Shown here: positions 14,241 to 22,853 of the stretch, piece by piece
Position numbering within the stretch: position 1 is the stretch's first letter
How the letters are laid out: every line of letters begins with the position of its first letter
Assembly: GCA_963851325.1 (NCBI GenBank)
Contig: CAWKOR010000001.1
Coordinates: 2,676,144-2,740,143 of the forward strand
DNA length: 64,000 nucleotides
Direction of reading: 5' to 3'
Origin: an uncultured delta proteobacterium
GTDB lineage: Bacteria > Desulfobacterota > Binatia > Binatales > Binataceae
Notes under the pieces: generated by a model
Databases searched by the model: none
Seen by the model: the letters and a program-made list of their open reading frames with translations, nothing else
What the model was told of the DNA's origin: nothing
Position numbers and translations under genes: made by a program

Positions 14241-14421
14241 TATGAGTGGCTTTGTTTTTGCCGATCCTGGTCCCCAATGAGTGGGTTTGTTTTCGTGCCA
14301 CCGGCAAGGCAAGGAACATCGTCACAGCCGAGTTCGCCGGCTTCGATTGATAGTGGTTTTGGCCAACCCACCAGACGGAAAGTCCTTTATTTCCAAGGAT
14401 TAAGTGGGTTTGTTTTTGCAC
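14241..14421. repeat. intergenic repeat locus A: three copies of motif ~AGTGGGTTTGTTTTTGC (reverse orientation of CAAAAACAAACCCACT)
   Basis: Copies at about 14241-14262, 14276-14299 and 14399-14421. Same family as loci at 35301-35474 and 56644-56983. Followed by GC hairpin GCGGCGCCCGttttCGGGCGCCGC at about 14457-14480. Confidence 0.7.
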
Positions 14422-14629
14422 AATCACGCAGCCTCACCTGACTCCTCAAATAGCTTGCGGCGCCCGTTTTCGGGCGCCGCGATTCCGATCCTACCATAAT
14501 GTGACTCTTCGTGCATTCTCGCCTGAAAATACCGATCGTCGTGCATATCTGCGCTGAGTGACGCAACCACAGTGTCCGTGATCGAGCACTTCAAGTCCTT
14601 GCTGGGATTCTGAGCATCCGTGACAGCGG

Positions 14630-15271
14630 TCACGATGCTTTCCGCATCTGATGCGGGAGCGCTTCCCGCGCGATGACCGCGACCGCGGCGCGGATCGCAT
14701 CTTCCATCATCGCGACCGGCATGCTCGGGACGGCAGGATCGCGCGCCGACTGCGCCGCATCGAAGGGCAGGTGGATGAACCCGGCAGGGAAGTTCGGGCG
14801 CCGCCGGGTCGCATGCAGCGCGGCATACATCGCGGCGTTGCATGCGTATGCGCCCGCGCTCAGCGAAATCGACGCCGGAACCTTCCGCCGTTCCAGCGCC
14901 TTAAGAATCGGTCCCATCGGTAGTCGCGAGAAGTAAGCATCCGGAGCGTTGTTAATCACCGGATGCCCCCCGAAGCGGGCGTCGAGATGGCCGGCCTTGC
15001 GCTGCTCGAACAGATTGATCGCGATGCGTTCGAGCGACAGCGCGGGCCGGCCGCGCGCCTGGCCGAGCCCCAGGATCGCCCGCGGTCGATAGCGCACGAA
15101 CGCCGCCTCGACGCGTCGCACCGCCGCGAGGCAGTTGACCGGCAAGCGCACCGATTTGACTTGCAGGCCGCCGATGACGTCCCCGTCGAGGTTGCGCGCG
15201 ACCTCCCACGACGGGTTGATGCGCTCGCCGCCGAACGGCGCGAATCCGGTCACCACGATGATGGGCGGCAT
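14630..15271 (-). CDS. pcp: pyroglutamyl-peptidase I (pyrrolidone-carboxylate peptidase)
   Basis: N-terminal VTGFAPFGGERINPS and catalytic Cys region SAGAYACN match Pcp. Confidence 0.8.
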   Translation of the reverse strand: MPPIIVVTGFAPFGGERINPSWEVARNLDGDVIGGLQVKSVRLPVNCLAAVRRVEAAFVRYRPRAILGLGQARGRPALSLERIAINLFEQRKAGHLDARFGGHPVINNAPDAYFSRLPMGPILKALERRKVPASISLSAGAYACNAAMYAALHATRRRPNFPAGFIHLPFDAAQSARDPAVPSMPVAMMEDAIRAAVAVIAREALPHQMRKAS

Positions 15272-15292
15272 GGCGCGGCTACTTCTTGCGGC

Positions 15293-16111
15293 CTACTTTT
15301 TGCGCCGATGATGCTCGATAGGCACGTCGTCGCGATTGCCCCATTCGCCCCACGATCCCCAATAGTTGCGCACCTTCGAAAAGCCCGCGAGCCGGAGCGC
15401 GTAGTATGCGTGCGCCGCCCGGTAGCCACCCTGGCAATAGGGAATCACTTCGGCGTCGGGACTAAGTCCCAACTGCGCGAATTGCGCACGCAGCTCGTCG
15501 GGCGATTTGAATGCACCCGCCTGGTTCTGGCTCGCGGTCCAATCGAGGTGGATGGCGCCGGGAATCGCGCCGCCATGCTTGGCGCGGACCCGCTCGCTGT
15601 AGTATTCGGCGTCACTGCGTACATCGAAGATCTGCACCTCGCGATTGGCGATGCGGTTGATGATGTACCCGAGGGAAGCGGCCGCTTCGTCTGCCGGTGT
15701 CCCGTCGTACTCGACCGGCGCGAACGGCTTCGCCTCAGTGGCAAGCTTTTCGTTTGCGAACGCTTTCAGTCCGCCGTCGAGGATTTTCGCGTTGCCATGG
15801 CCCATCCATTCGAGCGCCCACGCGACTCGCGTCGCGCGCATGCCGGAATCATTCTCGTAGCATACGACCGTATGCCTGGTGGTGATTCCGAGCGCCGAAA
15901 AAATCCAGCGCAACTGATCCTTGAACTCGTTGACGCCGCGCTCGCTGCTGTCGCTGTAGTGAAATGGAAACGGATCGAAATGGCGCGCGCCCGCGAGATG
16001 GCCCGCCCAGAAATCTTTCGCCGCGCGGGTGTCGACGATCACCAGATTCGCGTCGTTCCGATGCTCAATGAGCCATCGCGCATCGACCAGGAAATCAGCT
16101 TTTGATGCCAT
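15293..16111 (-). CDS. rhodanese-domain sulfurtransferase (two rhodanese domains; thiosulfate/3-mercaptopyruvate sulfurtransferase-like)
   Basis: Tandem rhodanese domains with active-site Cys loop CQGGYRAAHA. Confidence 0.85.
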   Translation of the reverse strand: MASKADFLVDARWLIEHRNDANLVIVDTRAAKDFWAGHLAGARHFDPFPFHYSDSSERGVNEFKDQLRWIFSALGITTRHTVVCYENDSGMRATRVAWALEWMGHGNAKILDGGLKAFANEKLATEAKPFAPVEYDGTPADEAAASLGYIINRIANREVQIFDVRSDAEYYSERVRAKHGGAIPGAIHLDWTASQNQAGAFKSPDELRAQFAQLGLSPDAEVIPYCQGGYRAAHAYYALRLAGFSKVRNYWGSWGEWGNRDDVPIEHHRRKK

Positions 16112-16125
16112 CGTCCAAACCCTCT

Positions 16126-17206
16126 CTAAACCTTCGCTGCGCTGCCGACCGCTTCGCTAATAGAGCGAAATCCCTCGCGCTGGAGCAAGGTCGCCAGCTC
16201 CTTTTTCATCGACGCGATCAGCCCCGGTCCTTCGTAAATCAGCCCGGTGTAAAGCTCGATGAGGTTCGCGCCGGCCTTGATATGGCCAAACGCGTCGTCA
16301 GCATTCGTGATGCCGCCCACCCCGATTATCGGAAGCTTGCCTTGCGGTGCGACGATATACACTCGCGATGCGATTGCGCGCGAGATCTCGCAGTGGAGGT
16401 CCGCTCAGTCCGCCGGCTTCAGTGGATGCGACGCCGACCTCGCCGCGTTTCAAGGTGGTGTTGCAAACGACCATGCCGTCGAGCCGCAGCCCCATCGCGG
16501 TATCGCATATCGCGTCCAGCGTCGCGTCGTCGAGGTCCGGCGCGACTTTGAGCAGCATCACCGAACGCCCGCCGGTAGGGTTTTGCTTCATCGCGGCAAA
16601 CAACTCGCGCATCTTATCGGGCGATTGCCAGTTTCGCAGCCCGGGGGTGTTCGGCGAGCTGACGTTGATGACAATGAAATCCGCCAGCGGGGCCAGGCGC
16701 GTCATCAACGCGCCATAGTCATCAGCCACCTGCTCCACCGGCGTGTCTTTATTCGGCCCGAAGTTGAGCCCGAGCCGAATCCGCGTGCCGCCGCGCCGAA
16801 CATTCTTAGCGCGCTCAATCCGGGCTGCGACGGCCTCCATCCCCTCGCTGGGAAAGCCGAGTCGATTGATCAACGCGCGATGCTCCGGGAGCCGGAACAC
16901 TCGCGGCTTCGGATTGCCCGGCTGCGGCCGCGGCGTGATGGTTCCCAACTCGGCGAAGCCGAACCCGAGTGATTGCCACGCGCCGATCGCGATCGCATCT
17001 TTATCCATTCCCGCGGCGAGTCCGACCGGATTGGAAAACTCCATGCTCCACAGCGAGGATCGCAACTCCGGCGGATCCGGGGCGACCGGAAGAGGCGGCA
17101 TTATCGAGAGCATCGAGAGCGCCAGGTGATGCGCGATCTCGGCGTCGAGGCCGAACAGGATGGGCCGGAGCAAACCTCGATAGAGCGGACCCGGAATCAG
17201 AGACAT
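16126..17206 (-). CDS. pyrD: dihydroorotate dehydrogenase (quinone), class 2; apparent frameshift near 16350-16362
   Basis: Track ORFs 16298..17350 (N-terminal and catalytic regions) and 16126..16362 (C-terminal [11 protein letters not shown]...[12 protein letters not shown]) are consecutive PyrD segments in different frames. Start is the internal Met [13 protein letters not shown] at 17206. Confidence 0.85.
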
Positions 17207-17349
17207 CGAGGGCAATCTAGGCGGCTGCGGTGAGCGACGCAATTTGGCCATCCACAGTCTGTTCGAAAACAAAACGCTGCTCGCGTGCGTGGCGCGGCGT
17301 CGTGGCATAATATTCGTACCCCGAAGTGGACGTTGTGGAGGGGTGAGCA

Positions 17350-18198
17350 TTGAGTAACGAGGCGAAAGTCCAGGTCAAGCTGATCGATTTCGCGAAGTCG
17401 CCGCTGGAAAAACTCTACGCGGCGTTTCGCACCTGCTATTCCTCGGAAACCCCGATCGAGATCTGGGAAAAGATCGAAGCCGAGAAAATCTCGCGCGAAA
17501 AAATCCGCGAGTTCATCGGCGAGCGCCTCAAGACCGGCCACGCCTCGCCGCTCGAGCAGGTGGTATTCTGGTTCGCGATCGCCAACGTCTCGCGCTCGCT
17601 CTCGCATCAGTTCGTCCGCCATCGCATCGGCATCAGCTTCGAGCAACAGAGCCAGCGCTATGTGAAATTCAAACAGGACAAGCTCGCGTTCGTGATGCCT
17701 GAATCGTGGGAGCGCGCCGGGATGCGCGAGGAGTTCGAGGGCCTGCTCGACAAAACCTCCGACCTGTATGCGCGCGCGTTGAAAGCGGGCGTCCCGGCCG
17801 AGGACGCGCGCTTCGTCCTCCCCAATGCCGCGCCGACCAACTTCCAGGTGATGGTGAACTTCGCCGAGATGCTGCACATCTGCGACTTGCGGCTGTGCGT
17901 GCGCGCGCAGTGGGAAATTCGTCGGATGGTCGCCTTGATGCGCGCCGAGATCAAACGCGTGCTGCCCGAGATCGCGGTGTTCCTGCAGCCCAAGTGCGGC
18001 GAGAATCGGATGGGCTACTGCGACGAATCGCTCGACGAATGGGCCAAGTGCCCGCTCGGCAAGGTACGTCCGCATAAGGCGGCGATCTTCGAGATGTACG
18101 AGAAACATGGGTCGCGCAAATCGAAGCCGCTGACCGAGACGGAATTCCGCGTCGTCGAAGAAGTGGAAACCCTCGATCAGCATCCGACGAAGAAGTGA
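17350..18198 (+). CDS. thyX: FAD-dependent thymidylate synthase
   Basis: ThyX motif RHRIGISFEQQSQRY (RHRx7S). TTG start preceded by GGAGGGG. Confidence 0.9.
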   Translation: MSNEAKVQVKLIDFAKSPLEKLYAAFRTCYSSETPIEIWEKIEAEKISREKIREFIGERLKTGHASPLEQVVFWFAIANVSRSLSHQFVRHRIGISFEQQSQRYVKFKQDKLAFVMPESWERAGMREEFEGLLDKTSDLYARALKAGVPAEDARFVLPNAAPTNFQVMVNFAEMLHICDLRLCVRAQWEIRRMVALMRAEIKRVLPEIAVFLQPKCGENRMGYCDESLDEWAKCPLGKVRPHKAAIFEMYEKHGSRKSKPLTETEFRVVEEVETLDQHPTKK

Positions 18199-18581
18199 AC
18201 TCTCATCTGGTAGCGGCCATCGAGGAGTTTAATCGCGGCGAATACTTCAAGGCCGCGGAACTGTTCGAGAACGCCGCCGCCGAGTCCGATGATGCCGGCA
18301 AGACCTTCATCATCACGCTCAATCGCATCGCGGCCGGATTGCATCTTCGCTTCGAACGCGGCGGGCGTCAGGCTGCCATCAACCTGTTCTCGCAGGCGAT
18401 GCTCACACTCGATCAGATGAAGCCCAGCCGCGAGGGTGTCGATATCGAGACGCTGATCACCGAACTGCACGCCTACACCGAGGAGCTTCGCGCGACGCCC
18501 AAGGATGAGGGCGACGGGATGAAGCATCGCGCGCGCCTGTTCCTCGAGCGTCGCCGCGTCCCCAAAATCAAACCCACCTGA
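18195..18581 (+). CDS. DUF309 domain-containing protein
   Basis: FNRGEYFKAAELFE...HxxLE pattern of DUF309. GTG start overlaps the thyX stop. Confidence 0.5.
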   Translation: MNSHLVAAIEEFNRGEYFKAAELFENAAAESDDAGKTFIITLNRIAAGLHLRFERGGRQAAINLFSQAMLTLDQMKPSREGVDIETLITELHAYTEELRATPKDEGDGMKHRARLFLERRRVPKIKPT

Positions 18582-18590
18582 ACCGCGGCA

Positions 18591-19160
18591 ATGGCTACTC
18601 CATTGGCAACGTTGCAGGCTTCAATGCGTGGGTGCTGCGACTGCGCGGCGCTGGTCAAGTGCCGCTCCCGCGTGGTGCCCGGTGACGGCGCCGTGCCGGC
18701 TCAGGTGATGTTTATCGGCATCGCGCCGGGGCGCTTTGGCGGTGATGTCACCGGCATTCCATTTTCCGGCGATCGCTCGGGCATCCTGCTCCGCAGCATG
18801 ATTGCGCGCGCCAATATCGAGGATGCATTCGTCACCAACCTGGTGCGATGCAATCCGCGCGATGAAGGCGGGCGCAATCGTGATCCCTACGCCGACGAAA
18901 TCGCGAATTGTCGCAAACATCTCGATGCTGAGATCGCGATGGTGCGGCCTCGCGTCATCGTTTGCCTCGGCGCGATGGCGTGGCGTCAGCTCGCCGGGCG
19001 CGACGCGGCATTCGATCCGGCGCATCCGAAAATCCGCGAACACAACAACGCAATGCTGTATCCGATGTACCATCCGGGTTACGTGATTCGCGGCGCCTAT
19101 GATGCCCGCAGTTACCGCCGCGACTTTCGCCGCTTACGCCATCACCTGAACCCGCGTTGA
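18591..19160 (+). CDS. uracil-DNA glycosylase superfamily protein (family 4/5-like)
   Basis: GIAPG... motif region, N-terminal Cys cluster (CCDCAALVKC) and C-terminal HPGY... typical of Fe-S UDGs. Confidence 0.75.
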   Translation: MATPLATLQASMRGCCDCAALVKCRSRVVPGDGAVPAQVMFIGIAPGRFGGDVTGIPFSGDRSGILLRSMIARANIEDAFVTNLVRCNPRDEGGRNRDPYADEIANCRKHLDAEIAMVRPRVIVCLGAMAWRQLAGRDAAFDPAHPKIREHNNAMLYPMYHPGYVIRGAYDARSYRRDFRRLRHHLNPR

Positions 19161-20068
19161 CTTGGCCCGATGCGCTCGCGATGCTCGTCGCAGTGGATAT
19201 CACCCAGGAAGCTGTTCGCGCGGGACTGCGCGGCTCAAACTACATTACCAACGAGCGCGTGGAGACCGCGATTTTTCTCGCACTCGCGCTCGAAAAGCCG
19301 CTGCTCATCGAAGGCCCCGCCGGCTCCGGCAAAACCGAAGTCGCCAAGGTGATCGCCGAGATGCTCGGGACCGAATTGATTCGGCTCCAGTGCTACGAGG
19401 GACTGGATGAGGCGCGCGCACTTTACGAATGGAACTACCAGAAGCAACTGCTGCGGCTGCAGGCCGACCAGCATCAAGGCGCGCGATGGGAGGAAATCTC
19501 CGAGCATCTGTTCTCGCGCGAGTACCTGCTGGAGCGGCCGCTGCTGAAGGCGATCTCGGCACCGCGCAAGGTGGTGCTGCTGATCGACGAGATCGACAAG
19601 GCCGACGAAGAGTTCGAGGCCTTTCTGCTCGAGCTGCTGTCCGATTTTCAGGTCAGCGTTCCCGAATTGGGAACGATTCGCGCGGTCGAAATTCCAGTGG
19701 TCGTGCTGACCTCGAATCGGGCCCGCGAATTATCGGAAGCGCTGCGGCGGCGATGCCTGCATTTATTCATTGACTTTCCGGGCGCGGAACAGGAGCGTCG
19801 CATCGTGCAACTGAAGGTGCCGGGACTCGACGAGCGCCTCGCAACCGAGGCCGCGCGATTCGTCGGTGCGGTGCGCAAGCAGGGCCTCAAAAAGCCACCC
19901 TCGATCGCGGAGACGCTGGATTGGGCGCGGGCGCTGCAGCGGCTCGGCATCAAGGAATTAAACAGCGACGCGATCAAAGCCACGCTCGGCGTTTTGCTCA
20001 AGCACGAGGACGATCGTGCCAAGGTCGAGAGCAAAGCCGGCGCGCTTTCAGGCCGCGGCGCGAGGTAG
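19157..20068 (+). CDS. MoxR-like AAA+ ATPase (CoxD-like)
   Basis: Walker A GPAGSGKT and Walker B LLIDEIDKA. Start overlaps the UDG stop. Confidence 0.85.
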   Translation: MTWPDALAMLVAVDITQEAVRAGLRGSNYITNERVETAIFLALALEKPLLIEGPAGSGKTEVAKVIAEMLGTELIRLQCYEGLDEARALYEWNYQKQLLRLQADQHQGARWEEISEHLFSREYLLERPLLKAISAPRKVVLLIDEIDKADEEFEAFLLELLSDFQVSVPELGTIRAVEIPVVVLTSNRARELSEALRRRCLHLFIDFPGAEQERRIVQLKVPGLDERLATEAARFVGAVRKQGLKKPPSIAETLDWARALQRLGIKELNSDAIKATLGVLLKHEDDRAKVESKAGALSGRGAR

Positions 20069-20082
20069 CCTTTCGGATCGCG

Positions 20083-21318
20083 ATGACCACGCTTCGGGAC
20101 GAGTTGCTGCGCTTCGTCAGTCAGCTTCGTGGCGCGGGAGTTCGAGTATCGATATCCGAGACGCTCGACGCGATGAATGCGATCTCGGCGGCGGGACTCG
20201 AACGCGTTCCGATGCGCGAGGCGCTCGCAGCCACGCTCATCAAGGACGAAGACGACCGCCAGATTTTCGATGAGCTGTTTGCCGCATTCTTCGGAGGGAA
20301 TCGCCATCCCACCGATGACGGCTGGAGAAAGCCCGGAGCTGAATCATCCGCGGCGCCCGGATCGGGGCGAGTCGAAAGCGAATCGATTCGCTCGGTTCGC
20401 AAGGACAAGAAACCCGCGCAGTCTGCCGTCCGCGAAAAATCCGAATCGCGCGACGAATCGGATACTCAAGCCAAGGCGGACTCCGAGGAACCTCGCGAGC
20501 GCGAAGACTCTGAGGCAGAAGAGTCTTACGCGGACGAAGCGAGCGAGGAAGCAAGCGAAGCCGGCAAGGAGGCCGAGAGCAGGGCGTCCAGCGGGCACGA
20601 TGCGCGACGGCACAAGATCGAGCGCACGCCGTTCGAGCGCTATTCCGACCTGGAATTCGACGAGGCTCGCGACGCGCTCGCGCCGATTGCCCGACGCTTC
20701 CGGGCGCGCCTTTCCCGGCGGCTGCGAATGGCGAAGAGTGGCCGCCTCGACTTCCGGCGCACCATTCGCGCCTCGATTCAACGCGGCGGTGCCTTGTCGG
20801 ACCTGCGGTTCCGGGCGCGACGCCCGCGGCATATCGACCTCGTGATTCTCGCGGATATTTCGGGTTCGGTACGCTATTCCTCGACCCTGATGCTCGAGCT
20901 GATCGCGGGAGCATCGAGCTTTTTCCGGCGGGTGCGAAGCTTTGTTTTCATCGATCGGCTCGCGGAGGCCGAGTTCGAACAAAAGCACCTGATCATGACG
21001 CCTCCCCTCGATCTCTACGCGCGTTCGGACTTCGGCCGCGTCCTCAATGAGCTATGGGAGCGACGTGGCGAGCTGCTCAATCGCGCGACGGTGTTGGTGG
21101 TGATGGGCGACGGGCGTAACAATCGGCGCCCGCCGCGTGCAGATTTGCTTCGCGAGATGGGCCGCCTGTGCCGCGCCGTCTTCTGGCTGATACCTGAAGA
21201 GCGCGAGCGATGGGGCACCGGTGACAGCGCGATCTTTCAATATGCGCGGGAGGTCTCCGCGCTGGTGCCGTCGCGCGATTTACGCGAACTGGAAGCTGCG
21301 CTCATCAAAGTCGGCTAA
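20083..21318 (+). CDS. VWA domain-containing protein (CoxE-like) with acidic low-complexity linker
   Basis: CoxE-like N-terminus and a C-terminal VWA with MIDAS-like DxSGS (ADISGSV). Central Glu/Asp/Ser-rich linker. Start taken at the internal Met MTTLRDELL. Confidence 0.75.
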   Translation: MTTLRDELLRFVSQLRGAGVRVSISETLDAMNAISAAGLERVPMREALAATLIKDEDDRQIFDELFAAFFGGNRHPTDDGWRKPGAESSAAPGSGRVESESIRSVRKDKKPAQSAVREKSESRDESDTQAKADSEEPREREDSEAEESYADEASEEASEAGKEAESRASSGHDARRHKIERTPFERYSDLEFDEARDALAPIARRFRARLSRRLRMAKSGRLDFRRTIRASIQRGGALSDLRFRARRPRHIDLVILADISGSVRYSSTLMLELIAGASSFFRRVRSFVFIDRLAEAEFEQKHLIMTPPLDLYARSDFGRVLNELWERRGELLNRATVLVVMGDGRNNRRPPRADLLREMGRLCRAVFWLIPEERERWGTGDSAIFQYAREVSALVPSRDLRELEAALIKVG

Positions 21319-21329
21319 CCTCGGCGGTC

Positions 21330-22850
21330 TCAGCGAAGATCGAAGAGTTCCCGGACCTTCGCGACCCACCAATTGCGGCGCGCGGTAACGCCGTCACCAT
21401 CGGTTGTTTTAAGGAGCTCTTCGCGTTCCGATGCCCGATTTGCGATGACCTCGCTGATTTGCTCGACCGCTTCGGGATGTTTTTTGAACAATTCGGTAAA
21501 CGACTCGCGATTGATCTCCAGCACCTCAACGTCGGTTTGGGCCTTGTTGGTCGCGTTGCGCGGCTCGCCGGTCAGCATCCCGGCCTCGCCAATGATCTGC
21601 GAACGGCCCACGACCGCCAACTGCCGCAACGACCCGTTGTCGGTGCGTCCCAGAACCTCGACCCTGCCGCGTCTGATGATGTACATGGTGTCGCCGGTCT
21701 GACCCTGAGTAAGAATCGTTTCCCCCGCGCCGAATTCGTGCACTTGCACGTTGGGGACGAGGAGGCGCAGTTCCTCCTCCGGCATATTGCGGAGAAAATC
21801 GATCTGACGCAGCTCGCGGATGATTTCGTTTTCGAATTCCTCCTGAGGTCGTCGCGAAACCTTGCGGCGGCGCACATCGAGGGTACGGATCGGAAATGGG
21901 ATCTCCATCCCGTTACGCCGCAGCGCATACCAGAGACTGGTCACCAGCGAATTGCGGATCTGTTCCTGAAGGGCATAGTCGGGAATCCAGTATTTGACTC
22001 GATACTTGATCGAAGAATCGCCGTACTCCCAGGCCAGCACCTCGGGTGAAGGATCGGTAAGCACGTGCGGCACATCGCGCATTACCTTAAAGATCACTTC
22101 GCGCACCCGGTTAGGCGGTTCGCTATAGCTGAGGCCCACTGAGATTTCATCCGCTATCGGAGGGTCGCCGTAGTTAGTGAGCGCGTCCTTGGCAATCGCG
22201 GAGTTGGGAATCTCGAGGCGTTCGTTGGCGCGGGTAATGATAGTCGTCGACCGCACGCCGATACCCTGGACGCGGCCCAGAAACTGTCCGCTGCGAACCC
22301 AATCATTATGGTCGAAGGGACGCTGAAGCTGCAGCGCGAGGCCGCTGAAAATGTCGCCCAGCGTTTGCTGGACCGCGAAGCCGATAACCACACCCAATAC
22401 ACCGACCGACGCGACCAGCGAGTAAACGTTGACCCGAAAGTCTGCGGCGAGCACCGCGACCAGTACCGCGGCGTAGAGACTCAAACTGATCAGATCGCGC
22501 AGGATGTTGGAAACGTCGCGGCCAACGCGCCGGGAAGTGTAGTCGATCGCGTCCATCACCAGACGGACCACGCCCCAGAAGAACAGCAGCACCGCGGCCC
22601 CGCCCAGACCGGTGGCGACCCTGGTATTGGAGACCATCGAGCCGCCGACCAGATCGATAAGTGCTCCCAGTCCCAGCATCATGAAGCTGGGCGACGTCAG
22701 CATGCGCTGGCGGCGGCGCAACGCGATGGCGGCCGCAAAACATACGAACGCGAACATCAACTCGACCGCGCTGTTGTAGCGATACGGCAGATAGTCGAAG
22801 CCGAGCAGCGATTGCAGCGGGGTCAGCGGTAGCAGCGAATCGATCGGCAT
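21330..22850 (-). CDS. mechanosensitive ion channel (MscS family) with C-terminal cyclic-nucleotide-binding domain
   Basis: Multi-TM N-terminus, MscS beta domain, and cNMP-binding motif (GAGETILTQGQTGDTMYII...GEAGML). Confidence 0.85.
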   Translation of the reverse strand: MPIDSLLPLTPLQSLLGFDYLPYRYNSAVELMFAFVCFAAAIALRRRQRMLTSPSFMMLGLGALIDLVGGSMVSNTRVATGLGGAAVLLFFWGVVRLVMDAIDYTSRRVGRDVSNILRDLISLSLYAAVLVAVLAADFRVNVYSLVASVGVLGVVIGFAVQQTLGDIFSGLALQLQRPFDHNDWVRSGQFLGRVQGIGVRSTTIITRANERLEIPNSAIAKDALTNYGDPPIADEISVGLSYSEPPNRVREVIFKVMRDVPHVLTDPSPEVLAWEYGDSSIKYRVKYWIPDYALQEQIRNSLVTSLWYALRRNGMEIPFPIRTLDVRRRKVSRRPQEEFENEIIRELRQIDFLRNMPEEELRLLVPNVQVHEFGAGETILTQGQTGDTMYIIRRGRVEVLGRTDNGSLRQLAVVGRSQIIGEAGMLTGEPRNATNKAQTDVEVLEINRESFTELFKKHPEAVEQISEVIANRASEREELLKTTDGDGVTARRNWWVAKVRELFDLR

Positions 22851-22853
22851 CGG

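Noticed and set aside
14218-14427. 69-aa minus-strand ORF (GTG start) spanning repeat locus A
   Set aside because: Its sequence (…QKQTHL…RKQTHS…KNKATHK…) is just the translation of the CAAAAACAAACCCAC repeat copies. No RBS, and it lies in a convergent intergenic region.
14963-16105. 380-aa + strand ORF
   Set aside because: Antisense to the rhodanese and pcp genes, which carry clear catalytic motifs. Arg/Ala-rich artefact.
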